DNA from: Amoeboradix gromovi X-113
Lineage: Eukaryota > Fungi > Sanchytriomycota
Length of the DNA: 8,587 nt
Reading direction: 5' to 3'
NCBI GenBank assembly: GCA_018985225.1
Contig: JADGIF010000438.1
Location: 1 to 8,587, forward strand
Shown: piece by piece, positions 1 to 6,168 of the stretch
How positions within the stretch are numbered: position 1 is the stretch's first letter
Layout of the letters: each line of letters begins with the position of its first letter
Notes under the pieces: model-generated
Database searches by the model: none
What the model was told of the DNA's origin: nothing
Seen by the model: only the letters and a program-made list of their open reading frames with translations
Translations under genes and position numbers: made by a program

Positions 1-2
1 AG

Positions 3-200
3 TTAGACCAGTTTTTATATTTGATGTCCCTACTGTTTAATCTTATTTTTATCGAGAATTTGTACATTCGAGATAAAAGAACTTTTGATGAAAGAGAATC
101 CAGCTTCCCCTCTATTGCTTATTTTACCATTGTCATAATAAGTATTATGTAATAACACGTAGTTTTATTTGCAGTTCTTATATTTCGATGGCAAAGCTGA
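3..200 (+). CDS. Possible 3' end of a convergent gene for a hydrophobic/membrane protein (5'-partial); ends at TAA 150-152, or at TGA 198-200 if 142..162 is spliced
   Basis: Frame 3 is open from the window edge for 49 codons (LDQFLYLMSLLFNLIFIENLYIRDKRTFDERESSFPSIAYFTIVIISIM*). No family recognised. High gene density makes a gene here plausible but it is not demonstrated. Confidence 0.25.
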
Positions 201-443
201 TTGTACGAACGTATTTCCAAAAGAGATTTTGCTATACTCATGCTCGCACTAATTGATATTGTTGCTTGGTATAATTTATGGGATTAAATCCAGGATTGGT
301 GTATCTTTCAAATCTGTCGCTCAAAAGTTAGAGGAAATGAAAGACTGACCATATGAATACAACTAATTGTTAGAAAAGATTTGAAATGCAGCTGATATAC
401 TCTATTAACGTACTCTTAGCATTGTTCCAACAGCAACAGAGAG

Positions 444-3400
444 TCAATTCCATGCTTGCCATCCGTAGAACAACTGACTCAACAACCCTATGTTTCTAGC
501 TTGCTCTATCCATTGTTTTATCTGATGCTCTACAGTATAGCCGTTTTCCATCTTCCTCTTTACCTGCAACACTACCCTCTCTGCATTGAGAGGTACCAGC
601 TCTATCTCCTGCTCAAATGTATGTTGCACTTGTTTTAGCTTCTCTTCACTAATCGTCCAGGATACCAGTGGATCATATTTCAGTATTTCTATGCTTGTCA
701 TGATAAATCTGCTGTTCTTTCTGAAGACATCCAAGCACTCTTCCATATAAATGGTATATGGCCCTTGTATTTTATAGACCCCAAAGCAGTCTACAAATTC
801 CCTGGTTAGTCTGAATGGTACGTACTCAGGACAGGGTAGCAACTTTGATTGCTCAAATGCAAATCCAAAGTCAATATGTATAATCTCTCCAGTCTTCTTG
901 TCTAATAATAGATTCATTAAATGTCTATCACCGATACCCAGCAGAGCACCAATTACGTTGTTAATGGCGGTTGATTGTATGAACTTAAATTTGGCAGAGT
1001 ACCACGATTCGTGATCTTTAAAATGTTCAAAAAAGAAGTGCTTTAATATGGGTCTAGTTCTCGATAAAATCTGAAGCAGCATTTTTTGTTTATCTTGAAG
1101 TTTTTTACAGGACTTCAACATTTCTCGACATTCATGAGTAGTTAACATTCCTGGCCCGTTATACCTACTCATTGATGCATTATGCCACGATCCTATCGCT
1201 ACACTTTCTACCCATTCAATTACACCTGTTTTTGGTGCCAAAGGTATTACCAAGTAAGTTCTAATGATAGGTTGCTTGTTTTTTGTCAACACGTAGTTCA
1301 AATTCTTAAAATTATCTTGAATCAACACGTCTTGCTTTAAGTCGTCATTTCCTTTTAACAATTGCTTGTACACTAATCCATCTTCACATATCACACTAAT
1401 TTGCTTTGGCTGACTTAAGCCTGTTTGTATGTTACAATCATCCTTGTATTTTACAATCCTTTTATGTTTAAATTGGACACTTACGTCTTTCAGATGTCTC
1501 AATTTACTTTTGATGGGTAGCTGCTTATTGGTGATCTTCTTGACATCAAAGAGGCAAAGTTCCACTAACCCCTGAAAGTAGTATTCATATTCTTTGTACA
1601 ACTTAGTATTTGTCTGTTTGACAACGTTTAAAGTCTGCTTTAGTAGTAGTAATCTTTTATTTGCTTCTGGCAGTAACTTGGAATGTTGTACACTGCTCAT
1701 CAAAGACAGCAAGCATTCATGTGGACAATCTCTGTTAATTTTGATAAACACATTTGTAAATAAATCATCCTTTCCGATTCTGCTATTTATCAATGCTTGA
1801 ACATTTAAATATTTTTTAGACGGTATTTCGTTCAGATCTATTTCTATATCGAAATACGTTAGATACTCAAATATCACATTTAGCAGTCCTTGCATCAACT
1901 CGTAATCATCATGATGCTTTATTGCTTTTATAAAGCAGTTAATTACAGTCTTTAATAAAGTGCTCAGCTTTAGTGATTTAAACTCCTTCTCGTCTAATTC
2001 ATACTCTTTCTTAAACTTTCTATCCCTGATGCCTTTCTTCTTGTTCAGCAACGCAATAATGTCCCGCGCACAGTTAGTCTCAAATATCTGCTCAAATTCA
2101 ATTTGCATAAAGTATGCCATTTTTGGCATTGTTGATACATCAGTGCAGTTATCAAAGTATTCGCTTATCACATGAATGTCAATCAAATCTCTTTTGTACT
2201 CTAAAATCTTTGTCTCATACTCTACCATAGCTGATTTTACTTTGATTTTTGGCAATAATTCCAATTTTACCAAATCCTGAGAATGCTGTATCAGGTGAAG
2301 TATTATATCATCATCCTCGTGGTTCTTGGCATTTTGTTGATATATGGTATAGTAGAGATAGGCAAAATCGCGTACTTCATTCAAAGTATACAGTATACAC
2401 TGTTTATCATTGAGTACAGTGCAAGTAAACAACAGAGCATCTAAATATATGTGCTTATATGTGTAGTATGGCTCCATTACATTTCTGCATCTCTCCCAAA
2501 CAGAATTCATCGGGTTAGAGGACTCTATAATTACTGTATTTGAATCCTCTAGTAGCACAGTGCACAGATCAATGTATAACTGATTTTTCATTTTTTTGGT
2601 AATTCTACTACATTGTCGGTAGTTCTTTAAATCCATGTGCAACGCAAACAAGTAACAGTAAGAGTCGTCATTGTATGCCATGACATCGTTGATCTTGTCC
2701 CATTCACCTAGTATCATTTTAGATCTCCAATAGTAATCGCTTTTGGTATCATGTATAGGCATGTTCAAATGCTGGATCTTGTTATAAAAATCATTTTTGT
2801 AAAGATACATTAATTCCCGGTAATCAGTGAAATTACCGCTTCGAAGGGCATACAACTGCAGATTTTGAATAGTAGGATTGCATTTTAAAACTTTAAGTTC
2901 CTTGTGGTTGTAATAGTCAATGGTCTTTGGTGAGTATAAGTTGCTGATTTCAATGTCATAATCCGTTTTACACTCCAGATTATGTATTAATCCTTCTAGC
3001 ATCCTGTACATCACATGCCAGGGTAGCTCTTTGATTAATAAATGCACCACATTATTGTTTATAGAGCAATGATTTAGTAAACTAAATTTTATCGTACAAG
3101 CATGACTGGATATTAAATCCCTTATGTGGGATGGATATGGAATAGATAATAGTACCTTGATGCTAAAAGACGATGGTCCAAAATAATTGTAGTGGATGCA
3201 CTCATGTCTATAAGTTTGTTTACAATATTGAATAATTGGTAGAGTGGATACGCTTAAATTATTCAAAGCATACTGTAGTATAGTAGGATAGAATTCACTA
3301 CTAGTGGTATATAACAAACAGTTCTTGCAGTCGCTTCTAGCACTGCTTCCATTGAGAGACAGCATTGACTGGATATTTTGTAATAAAGGCTCCTCGAGCA

Positions 3401-5909
3401 TTTTAATTAAAAAAAACAAATTAGACTCCAGCAGCTTCTGGCTGAACAGTATTTTAGATACTAATTCATTGTATTTCAACAAGCATCTACATTTGTCGTA
3501 GAAGTTCAGTAATTCGTTCAAATCACAAGATCTCTTTTCTTTTAAAATAGTGTTGCAACAGAGCTTTTTAATCTGTTCTAAAGCTTTTAGAGTGTCAACG
3601 GAGTTGGAATTATAATAGCTCAACCATACTAAAGAGTCTACAAGGAATGACTTGTTGCATTCTACGTCTACCACCAAATGATCTCTAACAAATACGGCTA
3701 TTTCTTTGTTGCTAAATACCATTCCAAGTAGTTTACAAATAAATCGACTCGGAGGGTGCTTCAAAGCGCCGTTTTCAATTGCCAACTTATAATCGCTTAT
3801 GCTACTAAAATGCCAAGGGTAGTACTCATAGAGCTCGCTCCCAGTACAGCCTAGCAATAGTTGTAATAACCTGTCCGGAATATCAATAAAATCTAAGTTA
3901 TGCACAATTAAATCTTTCACACTTGATTCGTTATACAGTAAGGTGAGGTCATATACGCAGTCCAGAACAAATGGTTGGATATCATTCACATCCAGCAGTT
4001 TAAGCAGCGTCAGCAAGCTGTCCACAGACTTTACTTGTTTTAGGTGTAACGCTATATATCTACAACAAGCCGTATCCAGCTGCTTGAAATCTACAGTATA
4101 TGCGTTATCGTAGTTTAATAGCTTACCAAATGGAGTGTCATAGTAAGCGCAATCAACTGCTTCAGAAATGGGGCTTGTTATTGAAAAGGAATTCATTGGA
4201 TATCTCTTGACAGAACTTGACAAATTCGATAAAAGCAAGGAAATTTTATCTGGTATACTAGCGCTAGAAATACTTGCGTAAGAATCGATTAGCAAGTAAT
4301 CGGGTGAATGTTGCATTTCAAACAACAAATCAGATCCCAGTGCAACCGAGTAAACTATTTCAACGTATCTAGGCACCGTGTTCAGAAATGTATAAGTATG
4401 AGTATTATGCAGTTTAGAGTATAATATGAACAAACAAATAGGGTCATTATCAGGAATTATTTTTATGTACTCCGATATGGAGCAATCGTGATAGTACAAC
4501 AAGTCATGCTGCATTTTGACAGTTTGAAATGTTGTTTGATTAAGCAGATAGTACCAATTATAGGAATCAATATTGGTTCGGTTTATGGTCGGTACAGGCA
4601 AGTCATACTGAAATAGGGTATAGGCATAAAAGCACTTGATCGAATCATTACAATCGTCAAGATGAGCATCGGCAATATATTGCAGAGCGTCCAAGTGTTT
4701 ATATTTGAGAAGCATAAAAGATATTAAAACAACTACCATGGGTGAAGAGGATGGGCATTCCTCTAGAAACAGTTGTAACACATGCACTGTTTTCTGCTTT
4801 TTAGTTGACATAGAATCAGATCTGCTAGATGGAAGCCTAATTATAAGATTAGACAGACAGTCTATCAACAATAGCAAGTCTAATTCTTTTTGGTTTTCAC
4901 AGCACCGCTCATACAAACATATACTAGACCTCTTGAATTTACATGTATTTAATATATAAGGATACACATTAAAGGTCATCAAGTCCTTGAAATTGAATAT
5001 GGACAAGTAGGACAACAACTTGAGCACTAGATCATGAATTACATCGAATTGATCTGATATAAATGACAACTCATCAACTAGAGATGTACCAAATAGTATA
5101 GAGATGCTTACGTTAATAAAAACTATCAATTGAATGACAAGGTGATTGTTTTGTTGGCGATACAAACTTGTCAACTTGTAAAACTCATTAACTATAAAGG
5201 TCTGAATTAAATCAATCTGATTAGGGAACACCGATAAAATAAAAGAGTTCAATATTTCAAGAGATGTAGCAATTCTATTGTAATCTCGCTCATTTTCCCA
5301 TATATAAGAAATGAAAATAAGTAATTCTTGAGTATCTGGAAGTAAATGATGGTAATGCTTCTGAACTAACAACAAAATGGCATTCAGCACAGATTTTGTA
5401 TCTATTTCTACCACATAATCACCAACTCTGTGCTTCAATTTAGAATCTTTGTAGATTTGTATTAAATTCATCAAGTACTTGTTCGACCATTCCGATGTTA
5501 CTTCAGTATTATCCAATATATATTCAGCCATCCTAACGTACTCAGTTACGACATACAATGCTTCTGGGGAAAACATCACTGATTCTACATGTTTGTAAAA
5601 TTTTGAAAAAGTGGTTGGTACTTCCCATAAAACAAACGTCTTACGGATTAGTTTACGCAGTACCTCTGCCACATGAATAACTTTTCTCAATGCTAATTGA
5701 TGATCTTTTATTTTATGGTCTTTGCATTTTAAGTATTCACTGTGTATTTCATTTTCTAATAAATCTATCAATTGGATTGCAATGTTCTCACTATCATAAG
5801 ACCCTAGTTCCTCATCCATTAGCAGATCCTCTATGTCCCCTAATGCCCTAGTACGCTCGCTCCTCTTTGCTGACACCAGCCCTTGTAAAATCGAACGTAT
5901 CTGTCGCAT
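444..5909 (-). CDS. ATM: ATM/Tel1 serine/threonine kinase (PIKK family), 1821 aa, single uninterrupted reading frame
   Basis: C-terminal PI3K-like kinase domain: YKQLLKGNDDLKQD (catalytic Lys at 1353-1355), GIGDRHLMN catalytic loop (DRH at 921-929), IHIDFGFAFEQSKLLPCPEYVPFRLTR (AFEQxKxLPxPExVPFRLTR is ATM-type) and YDPLVSW. The FATC end LSQLFYGWQAWN* resembles the ATM end LSRLFPGWKAWV*. The N-terminus carries the Tel1/ATM TAN motif LxxxKxx(E/D)RxxxL (LVSAKRSERTRAL). Start placed at the first ATG (5909-5907) rather than the track's TTG at 5945. Stop is TGA at 446-444. Family comparisons are from recalled consensus, not a computed alignment. Confidence 0.93.
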   Translation of the reverse strand: MRQIRSILQGLVSAKRSERTRALGDIEDLLMDEELGSYDSENIAIQLIDLLENEIHSEYLKCKDHKIKDHQLALRKVIHVAEVLRKLIRKTFVLWEVPTTFSKFYKHVESVMFSPEALYVVTEYVRMAEYILDNTEVTSEWSNKYLMNLIQIYKDSKLKHRVGDYVVEIDTKSVLNAILLLVQKHYHHLLPDTQELLIFISYIWENERDYNRIATSLEILNSFILSVFPNQIDLIQTFIVNEFYKLTSLYRQQNNHLVIQLIVFINVSISILFGTSLVDELSFISDQFDVIHDLVLKLLSYLSIFNFKDLMTFNVYPYILNTCKFKRSSICLYERCCENQKELDLLLLIDCLSNLIIRLPSSRSDSMSTKKQKTVHVLQLFLEECPSSSPMVVVLISFMLLKYKHLDALQYIADAHLDDCNDSIKCFYAYTLFQYDLPVPTINRTNIDSYNWYYLLNQTTFQTVKMQHDLLYYHDCSISEYIKIIPDNDPICLFILYSKLHNTHTYTFLNTVPRYVEIVYSVALGSDLLFEMQHSPDYLLIDSYASISSASIPDKISLLLSNLSSSVKRYPMNSFSITSPISEAVDCAYYDTPFGKLLNYDNAYTVDFKQLDTACCRYIALHLKQVKSVDSLLTLLKLLDVNDIQPFVLDCVYDLTLLYNESSVKDLIVHNLDFIDIPDRLLQLLLGCTGSELYEYYPWHFSSISDYKLAIENGALKHPPSRFICKLLGMVFSNKEIAVFVRDHLVVDVECNKSFLVDSLVWLSYYNSNSVDTLKALEQIKKLCCNTILKEKRSCDLNELLNFYDKCRCLLKYNELVSKILFSQKLLESNLFFLIKMLEEPLLQNIQSMLSLNGSSARSDCKNCLLYTTSSEFYPTILQYALNNLSVSTLPIIQYCKQTYRHECIHYNYFGPSSFSIKVLLSIPYPSHIRDLISSHACTIKFSLLNHCSINNNVVHLLIKELPWHVMYRMLEGLIHNLECKTDYDIEISNLYSPKTIDYYNHKELKVLKCNPTIQNLQLYALRSGNFTDYRELMYLYKNDFYNKIQHLNMPIHDTKSDYYWRSKMILGEWDKINDVMAYNDDSYCYLFALHMDLKNYRQCSRITKKMKNQLYIDLCTVLLEDSNTVIIESSNPMNSVWERCRNVMEPYYTYKHIYLDALLFTCTVLNDKQCILYTLNEVRDFAYLYYTIYQQNAKNHEDDDIILHLIQHSQDLVKLELLPKIKVKSAMVEYETKILEYKRDLIDIHVISEYFDNCTDVSTMPKMAYFMQIEFEQIFETNCARDIIALLNKKKGIRDRKFKKEYELDEKEFKSLKLSTLLKTVINCFIKAIKHHDDYELMQGLLNVIFEYLTYFDIEIDLNEIPSKKYLNVQALINSRIGKDDLFTNVFIKINRDCPHECLLSLMSSVQHSKLLPEANKRLLLLKQTLNVVKQTNTKLYKEYEYYFQGLVELCLFDVKKITNKQLPIKSKLRHLKDVSVQFKHKRIVKYKDDCNIQTGLSQPKQISVICEDGLVYKQLLKGNDDLKQDVLIQDNFKNLNYVLTKNKQPIIRTYLVIPLAPKTGVIEWVESVAIGSWHNASMSRYNGPGMLTTHECREMLKSCKKLQDKQKMLLQILSRTRPILKHFFFEHFKDHESWYSAKFKFIQSTAINNVIGALLGIGDRHLMNLLLDKKTGEIIHIDFGFAFEQSKLLPCPEYVPFRLTREFVDCFGVYKIQGPYTIYMEECLDVFRKNSRFIMTSIEILKYDPLVSWTISEEKLKQVQHTFEQEIELVPLNAERVVLQVKRKMENGYTVEHQIKQWIEQARNIGLLSQLFYGWQAWN
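5841..5879 (-). other. TAN (Tel1/ATM N-terminal) motif coding segment, residues 11-23
   Basis: LVSAKRSERTRAL fits LxxxKxx(E/D)RxxxL at the extreme N-terminal position expected. This supports the ATM identity, the ATG at 5909 and a complete N-terminus. Confidence 0.8.
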
Positions 5910-5949
5910 GGGGAATTGTACAAGCAGAATTAAAAAGATAATCAAATAT
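5910..5949 (-). promoter_or_regulatory. 40-bp ISWI-ATM intergenic spacer; AT-rich, ending in AATTCCCC immediately before the ATM ATG (candidate initiator-type element)
   Basis: Minus strand: ATATTTGATTATCTTTTTAATTCTGCTTGTACAATTCCCC-ATG. The spacer length is seen directly. The regulatory role is inferred. Confidence 0.4.
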
Positions 5950-6168
5950 TTACTTCACACTCTTTCTACCTCTACCTCTTCTCTCTTCCTCATTATAGTA
6001 CTCCTTTTGAACTATCCCAATAATTGTGGTGCATCGTCGTTGAATCTCCAAAGTAGATCGAGATTTTAAAAACCAGTCAAATCTCATTAAAGGATTCCTT
6101 CTTATATCCTGCAATATCATTTCGTACACATTTTCATTGCCATATCCATGCTTAGCCAAAGAAATCAG
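5950..6168 (-). CDS. ISWI: Terminal exon of the ISWI gene (C-terminal part of SLIDE domain plus basic tail), 72 aa
   Basis: Translates LISLAKHGYGNENVYEMILQDIRRNPLMRFDWFLKSRSTLEIQRRCTTIIGIVQKEYYNEEERRGRGRKSVK*. This corresponds to the SLIDE consensus ENVYxxLRxxIRxxPxFRFDWFLKSRTxxELQRRCxTL. It is in a different frame from the upstream exon and is not an independent gene. Confidence 0.9.
   Translation of the reverse strand: MISLAKHGYGNENVYEMILQDIRRNPLMRFDWFLKSRSTLEIQRRCTTIIGIVQKEYYNEEERRGRGRKSVK

Noticed and set aside
30-164. Minus-strand 44-codon stretch (NYVLLHNT...FSFIKSSFISNVQILD) vaguely resembling an Sm-like/Lsm12 strand pattern
   Set aside because: It is bounded by stops, has no ATG or convincing splice signals linking it to a start, and the resemblance is too weak.
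5910-5945. 12-codon N-terminal extension of ATM from TTG 5945 (and TTG 8497 as ISWI start)
   Set aside because: These are alternative-start artefacts of the ORF caller. ATG 5909 puts the TAN motif at its expected position, and the ISWI frame continues past the window edge.
5953-5993. Purine-rich low-complexity tract encoding EEERRGRGRK as a repeat or AT-hook
   Set aside because: It is explained by codon content of a charged tail and lacks the Pro of the RGRP AT-hook core. At most it is a basic NLS-like segment.
5950-6159. Independent 69-aa gene starting at TTG 6159
   Set aside because: It is the second half of the ISWI SLIDE domain, and the TTG is an internal Leu codon.
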